Positions 1 through 14,030 of a DNA stretch of 64,000 nt are shown one piece after another; positions within the stretch are counted from its first letter, which is position 1; each line of letters starts with the position of its first letter. A program made the translations under genes and the position numbers. Origin of the DNA: Mobula hypostoma (Eukaryota); contig NC_086104.1 of NCBI RefSeq assembly GCF_963921235.1, forward strand, positions 55,862,001 to 55,926,000. The letters are read 5' to 3'. The notes beneath the pieces are model-generated. The model saw only the letters and a list, made by a program, of their open reading frames with translations. It was not told where the DNA came from and ran no database searches.

Positions 1-26
1 TTATCCGGCGTAGAGTGGACATAGCC
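1..26. mobile_element. Right TIR of a Harbinger-type MITE (same family as 22240-23016)
   Basis: ttatccggcgtagagtggacatagcc closely matches the right TIR at 22991-23016 and is followed by a TNA triplet (TCA). Confidence 0.75.
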
Positions 27-662
27 TCAGAAGAACATTGGAGTGTATTTTTCCATTACCTCATACCCCTTTGTATGCAAAGTTACAAATTCAACAGATT
101 ACAGCACAAAGAACTGAAAGCACCTTTAGATTATGTCATGGTCCAAGTGAGAAAACATAAAGTTCACATCACATGTAAGGACTAGCGCTGATACTGTAAC
201 TGCCATACTGACCAACAGCTAATCCAAACAACACTTCAGAAAATAAATATATTTGTGTTGCACTTGATGAAGATAAATATCTTAAAGCACTTCAAATAAT
301 TAAATCTTTTTGGAGCTTAATAACTGCCCTACATAGGAAGACAAATGGATTTGGCACTCCTGAAGTAACATCACTATATTCATGCAAGGTTTCAAATCTG
401 ACAAGACAATACTTATACAGCAGCAACCCTCACTACAATCAAGCACTGTTCAAAGAAACGAAACATCATGCTAAATTATTACTTCAAGTTCAAGAGCAGG
501 GTCATTTTACATTGGCAATGCAGTTAATTTTCAAATATTAGGATGCAATAATCTTAACAAAATTAACCCTGTTCAGTAAAATGGTTATAAAACAGCTTAT
601 TTCTAATATCAAGAATTTCTCACTTATTTCTAATGCAACGTTTAAAAATTTTGAACGATTAC

Positions 663-798
663 CATGTTGTACAAGGATTCGTAAACTTTCCAGCTTCCCA
701 TACTGTGCAGCAAGAAACAATGGTGTAATTCCATAGTCATCCATAGATTCTTTATCAGCCCCTTTTTCAAGTAAGAACTGCAATACTTCTAAGTGTCC
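663..798 (-). CDS. ASB3: ASB3 coding exon 4; gene continues beyond the left edge
   Basis: ttgtag|GGACAC...CATG|gtaatc, 136 nt. Encodes [45 protein letters not shown]. Confidence 0.95.
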
Positions 799-982
799 CT
801 ACAAAATATAATAAATATACTGTAAACATATTATTCTTAAATTATTGCTCTGATCAGTCCAATATAATATGAAATACTATAACCAGAATCCTGTTTCATG
901 AGATAGAGAATGTATATATATATATATAATTTATATACTGTAGAGTGAGAGAGGATAGAGACAGAGTTAGTTAGAGAAAGTT

Positions 983-1049
983 AGAGAGAGAGAGAGAGAG
1001 AGAGAGAGCGCGGGCGCGCCTGAGAGCGAGAGAGAGAGAGAGAGAGAGA
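983..1049. repeat. (GA)n microsatellite interrupted by a short GC stretch
   Basis: Two AG-repeat tracts flanking gcgcgggcgcgcc. Confidence 0.9.
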
Positions 1050-2939
1050 TGTCAGTGCCATCAGACACTAGCATCTGTCAGATAATGTCACAAGGACACT
1101 TGCCACCAAGATGTTCGCAATCACTGTCAGAATAAGTGATGCAACATTAATGTCTTCTCACAGGCCAATATCCCCAAGCAAAGGCTCCTAGCACAGTCAT
1201 CCAGCTCCAATGAGCAAACCACATATCTTACGTGTCTCATACCACAGCTCTGAAAAATGCACTCTACTCCAAGTTCTATCATGGTAAGATTTGCCAGTTG
1301 CACATAAGAAATGCTTCAATAAAGTTCTTAAAGCTTTCTAAGAAAATAGTAATATTCTTACCATTTCACAGAAATGCCTGGAACATCCAGGGAGGCACCA
1401 AGAACGAAGTTTTTACATTTGAAGAATGTGAATGCCTAAATAATATGGTGAAAGAAGCCAGTAACCCGACTCAACATCCGTTCACCCATTCCATCATACA
1501 CCTCCTGCCCCACTTGCAGCAAAATCTATACTCACACGCTGACAACATTGGCCAGCTTAGAATTCACAGAATTAAAATAGAACCCAGTTATCCTCTGTCC
1601 CAAGGAACTGCCTCAAAAAGTTATGAAAACTCAGGACAATTAAGTTAAATCAATGGGCAATATAACACTTATAATCAGGTTAAATTGTTAATTTTCCTTT
1701 ATTAGAAGTAGAAAAGATATGCTTAGTTGCTCAAGCTCAGGGCGAAACACATATAATAGACAGCAAGCCGAAGATGATGAGTGATGAGAAATACAAGCCA
1801 AAAAAAAGGATTAATATCCCGAGGACATACACTGCAGTAATCATTTAAATTCCTAATCCCTTCTTAAATATTTGTCAACAAACCTTTGCAGCATTATCAT
1901 ACAATCCATTCCAACAAGTTAAAGGCACTCAAATTTGGTTCAACATTTACTGCATTACCAGTTCAGATTATATTCACACAATCAACTAACAATCTGCATT
2001 ACGCAAATGACTGAGGAACTGACCTTACCACACACAGTCAGCAAAGTCTTTAATGGCACATTATTTTAAATGTTTGGTCAAATAGCATAACTTGGGGCCT
2101 CAATGTGCACTTTCAAGCAAAAAGGGACACTTGATGTGAAAGTTTTAGTTTAACTGAAGCTCTTTCTCTGCCCTTTTTAAAGGCAGAAAAATAGTCACTC
2201 AGATATCTCAGAAGCTCACAATACTAAATAGTGACTTTCAGCTTCATGTACTAAAATGCGATCATCTCCAGGTGGCACGCAGCATACCTTTAAAACCTCT
2301 GAATCAAGCAAGACCACGATAAAGAGAACATTGTAGGTTTGTTCTAGGTATCCCCCCAAATAAGTGTCTAATGGAATTCAGAAAATAAATGAAGTGCAAG
2401 GCAATCTGTTTTTTTCTGCCTTATTACAATGTGATGTATACACAACCACAGCTGCTTCAGGCTCTAGCGAATGTTACACCTTTCACCCCAAAAAGGGAAA
2501 CAACAGGAAATACTCACAAAATTCCCAAGGGATGAAAACTAGGTCTCTGTCTATACTTCCTATCCATGCAAGCATCATCTCAAATGTGCAGAAAAGCTGA
2601 AAAGCTTACCTTTCATCAACTACCTGGTCTACTTCATCTCACCCAATTATGCAATGTCAAATAAGGCCACAAATCTATCCCTCACAAGCCCAACAGTCCT
2701 GATCCAGGGTTCAAACTGAAATGTTCAACTATCCATTTGCCTCCACAGATGTTGCTTCACTCACTAGGTTCCCCCAAGAGTTTGTCTTTTGCTCCAGGTT
2801 CCAGCATCTGCAAACTTACGTGTAAGTTCATATTTTTTTTGTAGAATAAAGGTCACTCACAATTCCATGAAGATCAAGCAAGTAATGATTTTACTCAAGC
2901 AAATGCATAGAAAAGGACCTTAGTCATCCTAAGGAACTA

Positions 2940-3670
2940 GTGCTGTATCTTAGCCATCCTGCACAAGGGCCCCCAACTCCCACTGCACCTCTGATTTCTG
3001 AATTTGCTACCTGCTTAGAAAACAATACAAACTTTTATTCCCTCTACCAAAGTGCTGGACCTCACACTTTCTAACATTGTATTCCACCTGCCACTGCTTT
3101 GCCCATTCTCCTAATCTGTCCAAGTTCTTCAGCAGACCTCCTGCCTCCTCTACACTACCTGCCCCTCCACAAATCTTTGTTACATTCCACAAAACTGGCC
3201 ACAAAGCCAACTATTCCATCGTCCAGATTAAGAAATAACGTGAAAAGTAGTAGACCCAACAATGACCCCTGAGGAGCACCACTAGTCACCAGCAGCCAAC
3301 CAGAAAAGGCCCCTTTATTCCCACTCCACCTTTTGCCAGACAGCCAATCTTAGTACCTTTCCTGTAATATCATGGGCTCTTATCTTGTTTAGCAGCCTCA
3401 TGTGTGGCAGCTTGTCAATGGCCTTCTGAAAATACAATTTAAGAACATCCACCAGTTCTCCTTTGTCTATCCTGCTTGCTATTTCCTCAAAGAATTCCAA
3501 CAGATTTACAAGGCAAGATTTCCCCTTAAGGAAACCATGCTGGCTTAAGTCTAGTTTACCACGTGCCTCCAAATACCCCGAAACCTCATCCTTAATAATG
3601 GACTCTAACATCTTATCAACCACTGATGTTAGGGTAACTAGTCTATAATTTCCTGTCTTTTGCCTCTCTT
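2940..3670 (-). mobile_element. CR1-type LINE RT fragment, decayed
   Basis: ORFs with SQHGFLKGKSCLVNLLEFFEE and LDRLGEWAKQWQVEYNVRKCEV. Confidence 0.85.
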
Positions 3671-3689
3671 AAAGAATTAAATGATGTTT

Positions 3690-3976
3690 TGTAGCGGTGT
3701 GCTACACACAGCGCTAGAATAACGACACGTAGTCAGCGAGTTGGAGTTGCGATAAAAGAGATTTATTCAAACTTCGCGGCCTCCTTTAAAGCCTTCCCGT
3801 TTCCGCATCCCCGGGCGGGACTGCTGTGGGGAATGCATATTCGCAGACCCTTGCCACGCGCGGGATTTTCCCCCTGCTGGTGAAGATGGCCTGGCGCCCT
3901 TTTTGGGGCTGGCCTCTCTGCCGGGGCACGCTGTTTCGTGAGCCGGTTCGTGAGCGCTGGAAAGTGGGTCGCCGCA
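3690..3976 (-). mobile_element. Short solo LTR-like element
   Basis: TG...CA termini with an imperfect inverted end. CpG-rich. AATAAA on the minus strand (about 3762). Near-TSD gttt/attt. Confidence 0.6.
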
Positions 3977-5079
3977 ATTTGTCATTTACCAAGATACCAG
4001 CTATCAATTTTGTCACCTGTCATTGTTCTTTTCTGCCTTTCCTTGAGTGTTCTTTTAAACTTATGCTTTGTTACTGAGCTAATGGATTTTGTGTATAAAC
4101 TTTTTTTTTGAATACTTCCCCATTAATCTTCCGTTTTATCTACTGTCTATCATCAGACTAAAATCGCTCTTGCCCAAATTTAGAATCTTAGCAATTGTTC
4201 CTCACCTTTCTTTTTCAAACACTATATCGAACTTGACCACAATCACATTAATGGCTCCACACCATTCAGCTGCCAATTAAATCTACATGAATACCAAATC
4301 TAGGACCAACATCCAAGGTGGTTCAAGGCTATGCTCCTGTAGAATATTATCCTGAATACTCAAGAAATTCAATACTTTTTTGACACCAATGTACTTGTGC
4401 AATCTATGTCAGCACTACATAGCAGGAAATTAGTCCAACCAGTGTTAGATAATCAAATTTCTGTGTGACACGCAATTTGTACAATATATACAAAATATTT
4501 TTTTTTAAATCAGGAACTTAAGAGCATGAATTGCAAAGTTAATCATTTTCATTCAGGCCTCCTCTAGGCATCTGCTGCATATGCATGGAGGAGCCTGAAC
4601 ATGCAGTATGTACTTCTGATATTTTGCTTATGTTAGAATGACCTGTTCTATCTACAGGCCTAACCCTTGCCATCTCACCCAAGAACTGGAAAGCCATCTT
4701 AGGTGGTCACTCCTTAAATTATTTACTCTACCTTTTCTTTGGTCTCCAATACTTCTAATCCCCACTTCATCCAATCTATTCCACCCACTTACTAATTGCT
4801 AGATGTCCCCTCCAGCTCCCAACCACAGATAGCAGCTTTTTGACTTAATAACCCCTATTCTTGATCACAAGCACTCTCACCACCACCTCCAACTGACATT
4901 TGCCGCTCCCCATTGATTATTGATTTTTCTACTTCATCGTCTCTGGGTCTATTCTTTCCCCTTCCACCTCTTATTCTTGACCCGACTTCCTTTCTGCACT
5001 CTGCATCAGTAGCTGAACTACAATCAAAATGGATTTAGCCATCCCAACAGCAATGGCTTAAATCATCCTAACAAGTCAT

Positions 5080-5780
5080 GGAGTCATAGACTACAGCATT
5101 AAAAAAGGCCCTTTGGCCCATCCAGTCCATGCTGAACTACTGATCTACCTCGTCCCATCGAACTGTACCCAAACCATAGCCCTCCATACCTCTCTTATCC
5201 ATGTATTTCTCCAAATTTCTCTTGATTGTTGAAACTGAACTCACATCCACCTCCGAGTGAAGAAGCTGCCCATTATGTTCCCTTTAAACATTTCACTTTT
5301 CTTCCTTAACCCAAGACTTCTAGTTCCAGTCTCACACAACCTCAGTCGAAAAAGCCTGTTTGCATCTACACCCCTCATAACTTTGTATTTCTCTATCAAA
5401 TCTCGCCTCATTCTCCTACACTCTAGGGAATAAAGTTCTAACGTATTCAACCTTTCCCTGTAAATGAAGGCCTCAAGTCCTAGCAACATCCTTGTAAATT
5501 TTCTCTGCACTCCTTCAGTCTTACTGACATCTTTTCTAGATAGGTGACCAAAACTGCACACAATACTCCAAATTATGCCTCACCAAAGTCTTATACAACT
5601 TCAACATAACATCCCATCTCCTGTACTCAATACTTTGATTTATGAAGGCCAATATGCCAAAAGCTTTCTTTACTACCCTATCTACTTCTGATGCCACTTT
5701 CAATGAATTATGGATCTGTACTCCCAGATCCCTTTGTTCTACCACACTCCTAGTGCCATACCGTTCACTTTGTAAGACCT
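5080..5780 (-). mobile_element. CR1 LINE 3' fragment
   Basis: LYKTLVRHNLEYCVQFWSP and VQRKFTRML motifs plus a CR1 3' UTR. Confidence 0.85.
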
Positions 5781-6077
5781 CCCTGATAAAAGTTTTGAGG
5801 GGATTCTCAGATTCCTGTAAATAATGGTTAAGGTTGAGACTGTGTACTCTGGTTTGAGAACAGCTGCAGCATGTCTGAGCAGCTGCTCTTTGGGGTCAGA
5901 TAAGGATTAAAAGCTCACAAAAAAAACCCACAAGAGGATGTCTCCTGGCTTTTCACACCTTTTGGTTCCTTACATTCCTTTCCTAATTTCGGTAGAGTAT
6001 TTTATCTAAATTATTAAATTCTGCTCTATTTGAGTAGTTGGAATATCCATTGATCTGACTGTTCTTTTGTATTGAGA

Positions 6078-6440
6078 TAGTCATAGTCATACTTTATTGA
6101 TCCCAAGGGAAATTGGTTTTCGTTACAGTTGCACCATAAATAGTTAAATAGTAATACGTAAAATCTAAATTATGCCAGGAAATAAGTCCAGGACCAACCT
6201 ATTGGCTCAGGGTGTCTGACCCTCCAAGGGAGGAGTTGTAAAGTTTGATGGCCACAAGCAGGAATGACTTCCTATGACACTCTGTGTTGCATCTCGGTGG
6301 AATGAGCCTCTGGCTGAATGTTACTCCTGTGCCTAACCAGTAATGGGAGACATTGTCCAAGATGGCATGCAACTTGGACAGCATCCTCTTTTCAGACACT
6401 ACCGTCAGAGAGTCCAGTTCTATCCCCACAACATCACTGT
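6078..6440 (-). mobile_element. Rex1/Babar LINE 3' fragment
   Basis: Same ORF end (...LYNSSLGGSDTLSQ*) and (GACTAT)n tail as the copy at 44910-46530. Confidence 0.8.
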
Positions 6441-6782
6441 TGTTAAAGGATCAATCTATACTGCTAACATATAAATGCTGAGTGTCCGGACAAGGACATG
6501 CAGGATGTGAGAATTAATTATACTCTGTTCTCTGTTTACCTCTGCCTGATGTGATTAAGTATTCTTTGTCAAGTACGTTTATCTCTGTTTTAGGTAATTA
6601 AGTGGCCTTTGTCTCGGACTATCACTATTGCTAGGCTTTTGTTGACAAAGGTAGTATAAACAACTCTGTATCTCTGTGCTTCGGGAGAGAGACTTCCGTG
6701 GCTGACTCTCTGTGAGTACAGAAGGAAGGTTCTCTCTCATAGCTTGCTACTAATAAAGGTGGAAAAGAATCAACCGTTAACA
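6441..6782 (+). mobile_element. Solo LTR-like element
   Basis: tgttaa...ttaaca inverted termini. TATAAA near 6656 followed by AATAAA near 6752. The left flank abuts a LINE, so no TSD can be verified. Confidence 0.55.
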
Positions 6783-9160
6783 TACCCTGGTTAGTCCTTC
6801 CAAAGTTCAACACATTGCACCTGTCTGAATTAAATGCCAGATCTGCCATTTTTCTAGCTGGTCCTCATCTCTCTGCAAGCTTTTATAGTCTTCCTCAGTG
6901 TTCATTACACCCCCAATCAAGTCAAGTCAAGTCAAGTTTATTGTCATTTTGACCATACGCTGCTGGTACAGTACACAGTAAAAATGAAACAACATTCCTC
7001 CAGGACCATGATGCTACATGAAACAACACAAAACTACACTAGACTGTGTGAGACAGCACAAAGCTACACTAGACTATGTAAAACAACATAAAAACTGCAC
7101 TAGACTACAGACCTGCACAGGACTACATAAAGTGCACAAAACAGTGCAAGGCAGTACAATAATTAATAAACAAAACAATAGGCACAGTAGAGGACAAGTT
7201 ACAATTTAATAATAAATGATGTAAATGTCAGTCTAGACTCTGAGTATTGAGGAGTCTGATGGCTTGGAGGAAGAAACTGTTGCACAGTTTATCTTAGTGT
7301 CAACTGGATCTGCTGATCCAGTTTACTAAATTATATCCAAACTGTTGATAAACCCAGCACCGATCCCTGTGGTACTCCACTAGTCACAGGGCTCCAGTCA
7401 AAGAGGCAACCACCTAATACCACTCTCTGGCTTCTCCCACAAAGCGAATATCTAATCAAATTTACTACCTCATCTTGAATGCCAAGTGACTGAATCTTCT
7501 TCAGCAACCTGCCATGCATGACCTTGTCGAAGGTCTTGCTAAAGTCCACCAACTTTTCTTCATCAACCTTCCTGGTAACTTCCTCCAAAAATCCTATAAG
7601 ACACTAGCAGTATGCCAGAAATTCGAGTGTATCGGGGTAGAAGTGAGTATAGCTGCTATTACTAAGGAGAAGGTGTTTGGGAAGCTGAAAGATCAGAAGA
7701 TAGATACTGTACGTCACCTGTACCAAATGGACTACACTTCAGGGTTCTGAAAGAGGTATTTGTAATGATCTTTCAAGAATCACCAGATTCTGGAATGATT
7801 CAGAGGACTAGAAAATTGCAAATGCCACTACACTCTTTAAGAAGGTAGGTAGGAAGAAGAAAGAAAAGTATAGGCCAGTTAGCAGGACTTGAGATGCTGG
7901 AGTCTATTATTAAGGATGAAGTTTCAACGCACTTGGAAGCATATAATAAAATAGGCCAAGTTAAGGGAAATCTTGCCTGACGAATCTGTTAGAATTCTTT
8001 GAGGAAATAACAGACAGGATAGACAAAAGAGAGTCAGTGGATGTTATTTACTTGGATTTTCATAAAGCTTTTGACAAGGTGCCGCACATGAGGCTGTTTA
8101 ACAAGAGCCTGTGGTATTACAGGAAAAATACTAGCACGGATAGAAGATTGGCTGATTGGCAGGAGGAAAAGAGTGGGAATAAAGGGGGCCTTTTCTCGTT
8201 GGCTGCTAGTGACTAGGGGTTGGTGTTTGGACTGCTTCTTTTCATGCTATATATCAATGATTTGGATGATGGAATTGATGGCTTTGTGGCCACATTTGCA
8301 AATGATACAAAGATAGGTGGAGGGACAGGTAGTGTTCAGGAACCAGAACTTAGACAGATTGGAAGAATGGACAAAGAAGTGGCAGAGAATATAGTGCAGA
8401 AAAGTACATGGTCATGTACTTTAGTGAAAGGAATAAAGAAGTAGAATATTTTCTAAACGGGGAGCAAACTCAGAAATCACAGGATCAAAGTTCAGTCTGT
8501 GCTAAAGAAGGCAAATGTAATGTTAGTATTCATTTCATGAGGACTAGAATATAAGAGCAGGGATGTGATTGATGCTGAGGCTTTATAAGGCATTAGTCAG
8601 ACTGCATGTGGCGTATTATGTGCAGTTTTGGGCCTCTTATCAAAGAAAAGATGTGCTGGCTTTGGAGAGGGTCCAGGTTAGTTTCACAAGAATTATTTCA
8701 GGAATAAAAGAGTTAACGTTATGTAGAGCATTTGATGGCTCTGGCCCTGTACTCACTGGAGTTTAGAAATTGAGGGGGATCTCATTGAAAACTATTGAAT
8801 ACTCAGGGCCTAGATAGAGTGGATGTGGAGAGTATGTTTCCTATAGTGGGTGAGTCTAGATCGAGAGGACACAGCCTCAGAACAGAGGGACATCCATTTA
8901 ACACAGATAAAGATGAATTTCTTTAGCCAAAGAGTGGTAAATCTGTGGAATTCATTGTCACAGACAGTTATGGAGGCCAAGTCACTGAGTATATTTAAAG
9001 CAGAGGTTAAAAGGTTTTTGATTCTGGCAGCCAATTAAAAAAGGCCCCCTTTATTCTCACTCTTTTCTTCCTGCCAGTCAGCCAATCTTCTATCCATGCT
9101 AGTATCTTTCCTATAATACCACGGGCCCTTGTTAAAACAGTTTCATGTGTGGCATCTTAA
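6783..9160. mobile_element. Cluster of CR1 fragments (minus 6783-7600, plus 7605-9020, minus 9020-9160) with a nested LINE tail (about 6919-7290)
   Basis: DFSKTFDKV, VTSGVPQGSVLG, YINDLDDG..FANDTKIG and FFSQRVVNLWNSL motifs, with many frameshifts. Confidence 0.8.
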
Positions 9161-9863
9161 GCCACTCTGCCTTCATTATATGTGCATGCAACCACTTCAT
9201 GGCTGAGTCTAAGGCCTCGTACACAATCTGCACTTTGGTCTAAATTCCTTACCAATTTTTAATTTTATCCATGAAGTCCCTACTTCTTGCCTGCCTTTAG
9301 TTGTACCCAAACTCATTTTGTTATCAGTAAGGCTAGTCCTTCACCTTCAGTATTATCCCTGCCTTTCATGTCATATTTAATTCTCAACCCTGATGATCCT
9401 GTATTTAACAATGGCTACCAAGCTACACACTGAAAGTAGATTTTACACATTAAAAATATTCAGTTTCTGTGCTAGTGACCAGTTTAAATCATTATTATTT
9501 CATACCATTTAGTTTTCCCTTTAGTACCACTGCTCTGCATTAAACACAGTTTATGATGGTGGTAACTTAAGTACAAATCCCTCCACCCTATGCCACACAC
9601 TATCCTGATTTAGAAGGTTAATATTTTCTCAGTCATCACTGGCTCATAATCTTAGGCACTGTACCTAAAAGTGAGAGCACATTTTTACAATGCAGCCTGC
9701 ATCAATTCAAGAAACCCCTCTACCAACTTTTTGTGTGGCACTTACATTAACCAACATCACCCACGTTCAAAGAATGAGAAAGCTAAATAAATAGATTACT
9801 ATCAGTCAGTGTTTTAAAATTTCTTCCCTCCCTACTGAAGCATATACATGAATGTTACAGTAC

Positions 9864-9976
9864 CTGATAAGCAGCCTGGTGCACAACACTCCATAAGCAT
9901 GCTGAATGGGATCCATTAATCCTTGCTCCATATTTTAACAACATCCTTATAACTGCAATGTGGCCCATCTCTGTTG
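9864..9976 (-). CDS. ASB3: ASB3 coding exon 3 (not in the ORF track)
   Basis: tttcag|CAACA...TATCAG|gtactg, 113 nt. Encodes (A)TEMGHIAVIRMLLKYGARINGSHSACLWSVVHQAAYQ, matching the ASB3 ankyrin segment with NGSHS. Phase 1-0. Confidence 0.93.
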
Positions 9977-10157
9977 CTGAAATTACAGGATTAAAACAGT
10001 CAAACTTGCTCACAACTTTACTGCAGTGCAGTAGAACCTAAGATTGTGGACATAGCAATGCATGTAAATAAACAAATGCATTTAATTAATAATCAAATTA
10101 TGTAAGAAATTAAATGGAAGCAGTAAATTATATAACTCTTGATATAAAAAGAGCTTG

Positions 10158-10650
10158 TATCTGGCAGACCACAGTATGTGTGCTTGCAACACTGTGTGTC
10201 AGACAGAGTGGTCAGCAGCACTGGAGCTCCACAGGGGACTGTCTTGTCTCTCTTTCTCTTCACCATCTACACCTTGGACTTCAACTACTGCACAGAGTCT
10301 TGCCATCTTCAGAAGTTTTCTGATGACTCTGCCATATACATAATGTACTGGTTGGGCACAGGAGTACATTCAGCCAGAGACTCATTCCACCGAGATGCAA
10401 CACTGAGCGTCATAGGAAGTCATTCCTGCCTGTGGCTATCAAACTTTACAACTCCTCCCTTGGAGGGTCAGACACCCTGAGCCATTAGGCTGGTCCTGGA
10501 CTTATTTCCATCTGGCATAATTTACATATTATTGTTTAATTATTTATGGTTTCATTTTGCTATATTTATACTCTATTCTTTGTTGGTGCAACAGTAACAA
10601 AACCCAATTTCCCTCAGGATCTATAATGTCTATCTATCTATCTATCTATT
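10158..10650 (+). mobile_element. Internally deleted Rex1/Babar LINE fragment with (TCTA)n tail
   Basis: TGAPQGTVLS..QKFSDDSAI is joined directly to the 3' end seen from about 45787 onward. Confidence 0.8.
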
Positions 10651-11812
10651 TATAAACCAATTCATTGTGCTTTATTTCAATTTTGAGAGCTGATTATTTT
10701 ACATAAAACTAATGTTTAAAGATATTTCCCCCTAACGAAATGGCACGTACTATTTGCAATATATCATGTTGTATGTTTGAACTGAAACCCAATATGCCTC
10801 TTTGGCAGTTACAACGTGTACTTTTCATTATTAAAAGATAAACAGCATATTAAAAAAATCTCAGGGCAAACACAACCAAACTCCAAACAGTATTCTGGAT
10901 ATCAAACAGTGTGGGAGACAATTCAATAATGTCGGACCCACAGATAAGCATTGAAAACACTGATGAAAAAAAAATCAACTCTAAATGTTGGCATGTCAAA
11001 AACACAAGGAAAGGTCATGCAGTCCACCTCCATTATAATATGGGCTGCATAAACTGATTAACTGTTGTCTTGAATTAGAAGAATGTCAGTCAAGTTTTGG
11101 TGCTAAGAACAAAGTGTCATTTCAATGCTGACAGCTACAGGTATCCCTTGATATACAAGTGTTGAAATTACAAATTTTTGCTATAATGCCATTGACTAGA
11201 GAGGTGTCCTTGATTAAAGAAACTATTTTCTACTAACCACGTCTGCCAAACGTTATCTAATATGCATTCCAAATTCCAACTCATGGTTCTCTGAGAGAAA
11301 AAAAAATTGTATCATTGGTTTAAATGATCATGATCCAATTCCAGATTTTGCCAGAAGAGGAAACATCCTCTCTGCAGTCGTCAAGATCACTCTGGATTTT
11401 GTATGTTCACTTATAAGTACTCTATGAAAATACCTTATTTGTTTTTATATAATTGTTAATAAAAATGTTTCATCATCTTAAGTGTTGTAGTTTTGGATTT
11501 TTTTTCTTTGCTCTGGAATGCAACCAAAGACTTACATTGAAGCTAACTGTAAAGCCTTGTCGATATATGAAGTTACAGGCTATTCTAGTAAATAATCTTC
11601 AAAGCTCCTATGCATTCGCTGGCTTGTTTAGGTAAAATGAAATTATTTGCAGCCACTAAAGACTAAGTTTCACTCTGCGTGCAACTTTAAAGTTAACACT
11701 GGTTCTGAAGTAACTCCAGAAAATTAAGCCCAATAAATGAAATCAGGTATACAAATTTTGACAGGCCCAGACTAAAATAACCTATTATTTAAATGTATCT
11801 TTTATTTACATA

Positions 11813-12625
11813 TGTCACATACCCCATGACGGGTTAAAGAACCAGCAGAAATGTAAAACATCTTGGAGTCTGGTATTGCTATTAACTAATGGTATTTATT
11901 AGTACCTACACAATACAGTAATATAAAATCAGATAAATCAAACAGGTTAGCAATGATTATATATATTATGTGGAAATATAAAAACCAAGCTTCTTCAAGC
12001 CTAGGGGTAAATGGATACAGTCTTACGATGATGGGTAAAGTTCAGTTTAGTTTGAGGTATTGAGTTGAGTAGTGATGGAGAGAGAAGTGTTGTGATTGTT
12101 CGAGTAAGCCAATGCTGTTGATTCGTCCCGTTGTCCTCCGAAATCCTTTAGAAGTCACCAAATGTGACCACAACAAGGGAACTGTTCTTCTGTGGTGGAA
12201 TTATCAACCCAGGCGAGGGTTGGACACACTAATAACTCCCCACCGGTCACACCTTCTCCACACTGCGAGAGCCACTGATCGATTCTCCTGATCGATCCTG
12301 CAAAAACCCACCTTTCTGGGGCTACAACAAAGCTCATCCAGTGTCCAAAATCATGTGTCTGTGTGTCTATCAGCTGACCTTCTATTTATCTCACCATGTT
12401 GAACACCAGCTGTTCATCAAGTAACGCCTCCCTTCTCTCTCGGTAGGAACACAGAAGCTGGCAGTGTCCTTGCAAAAGTGTAAGCACGCTGCAGAAAAAC
12501 CATAACACCATCTCAAAGCAGTCGTCGCCTCTCTCTCTCTTAATAACGAGGTGCTTGTGTTGAACAACTCTCTCTCTCTCTTTTTAAAAGCACAGTTCAT
12601 AAAGATAATTCAGGATCCCGTCACA
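11813..12625 (-). mobile_element. Solo LTR (Gypsy-like)
   Basis: TG...CA termini (tgtcac...gtcaca). Perfect 4-bp TSD CATA (11809-11812 and 12626-12629). AATAAA on the minus strand near the left end. Left end is related to 42679-43510. Confidence 0.8.
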
Positions 12626-13267
12626 CATATGGCAGGAGAACATCAGCTGAGGGGTAGATTCATTATCAGGAGCAATTGTCCAAGTTATAACCTCCTGCTT
12701 CTACTGTCAGTTTGCAGTCTTTCTATCAAAATATCAAGAATGGTGTAGAATTGCTATGCCAATGCAGTGGATACCGATTAAAGCAGACATTAAGAGTTAA
12801 GTGCTGCCCATTTTAGTTCCTTTTAATGAATTGGTAGGAGTCAATTGTTCCTAATCAACCTTTCTCAATCTGCTAATAACCAGAAATTAAATATTATGTG
12901 TAGAGTTATACTCCTAATTTTAGTTGTTATTGATGATTTGGAAAACAATTTTTTTTATATTTTCAGTCTCCTTCTAACCGAATATATCTTTTCCTCTTTA
13001 TTTCATTTTGACATTAACTTCATCCATTTTAACAGACATTACAACTCAGGATGTTTCAATTTGCTTTGTTGGGATATGCAAGATAATATATGTGCATATT
13101 TTCTATTCTCCCAATAACTGCTACCCTATTTCCTCACTGTGATATTTATTCTGCACTTTATTAACTTGTACTTCTATCACTATAAAACAAATGCAAGTCT
13201 AAACATGACAGACACAATAAGAGGCCCTGCCAAATTGGTAAAACTGTTTTTACTTCCAGTACTTTAC

Positions 13268-13426
13268 CTAAAAAAAGTGGAGTTATATTTTCATTAGTGA
13301 TGGCATTTGGATTTGCTCCAGCCTGTAGCAGAATCTGGACGATTTTTAAATAACCACGTTTAGCAGCAAGATGAAGAGCTGTTTCACCTTCAAAAGTCTT
13401 CAACTCTACAGCCGATTTCAATGAAG
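13268..13426 (-). CDS. ASB3: ASB3 coding exon 2 (ankyrin repeats)
   Basis: tttttag|CTTCA...TTAG|gtaaag, 159 nt. Encodes (A)SLKSAVELKTFEGETALHLAAKRGYLKIVQILLQAGANPNAITNENITPLFL. Phase 1-1 joins the flanking exons. Confidence 0.95.
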
Positions 13427-13506
13427 CTAAAAAAAGAAAGCATTTTTATTCCATTAAAGATGCATGGCTACAAATAAACACACAACTCAATCCCTTTCTT
13501 ATTAAC

Positions 13507-14030
13507 AAACGAGAAAATCTGCAGATGCTGGAAATCCGAGCAACACACACAAAATGCTGGAGGAATTCAACAGGCCAGGCAGCATCTTTGGGAAAAAGCA
13601 CACTCGATATTTCCAGCTGAAACCCTTCGGCAGGACTGGAGAAAAAAGCTGAAGAGTAGGTTTGAAAGATGGGGGATGGAGGGGAGAGCGAAACACTAGG
13701 CGATGGGTAAAACTTTGTGGGGAAGGGATGAAATTGATTGGTGAGAGACAGAAGGCCATGGAACAAAGAAAAAGAGGGGGGGAGCACCAAAGGGAGGTGC
13801 TAGGTAGGCAAGGAGATAACATGAGAAAGGGAAAAGGGATAGGAAATGGTGAGGAGGGAGGCATTAACGGAAGTTTGAGAAATAGATGTTCATGACATCA
13901 GGTTGGAGGCTACCCAAACAGAATATAAGGTGTTGTTCCTCCAACCTAAGTGTGGCCTTATCACGACAGTGGAGGAGGCCATGGATGGACATATCAGAAT
14001 GGGAATAGAAAGTGGAATTAAAATAGGTGG
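13507..14030 (-). mobile_element. Penelope-like element 3' fragment
   Basis: Matches the GIY-YIG C-terminus (RLEEQHLIF.LGSLQPD) and terminal repeat of the other copies. 15-bp TSD ccctttcttattaac (13492-13506 and 14031-14045). Confidence 0.85.

Noticed and set aside
1232-1648. 138-aa ORF
   Set aside because: No domain is evident. It overlaps a highly decayed LINE-like remnant and lies antisense in an ASB3 intron.
7015-7110. Three imperfect repeats of about 30 bp
   Set aside because: A minisatellite within a LINE 3' region, with no unique spacers.
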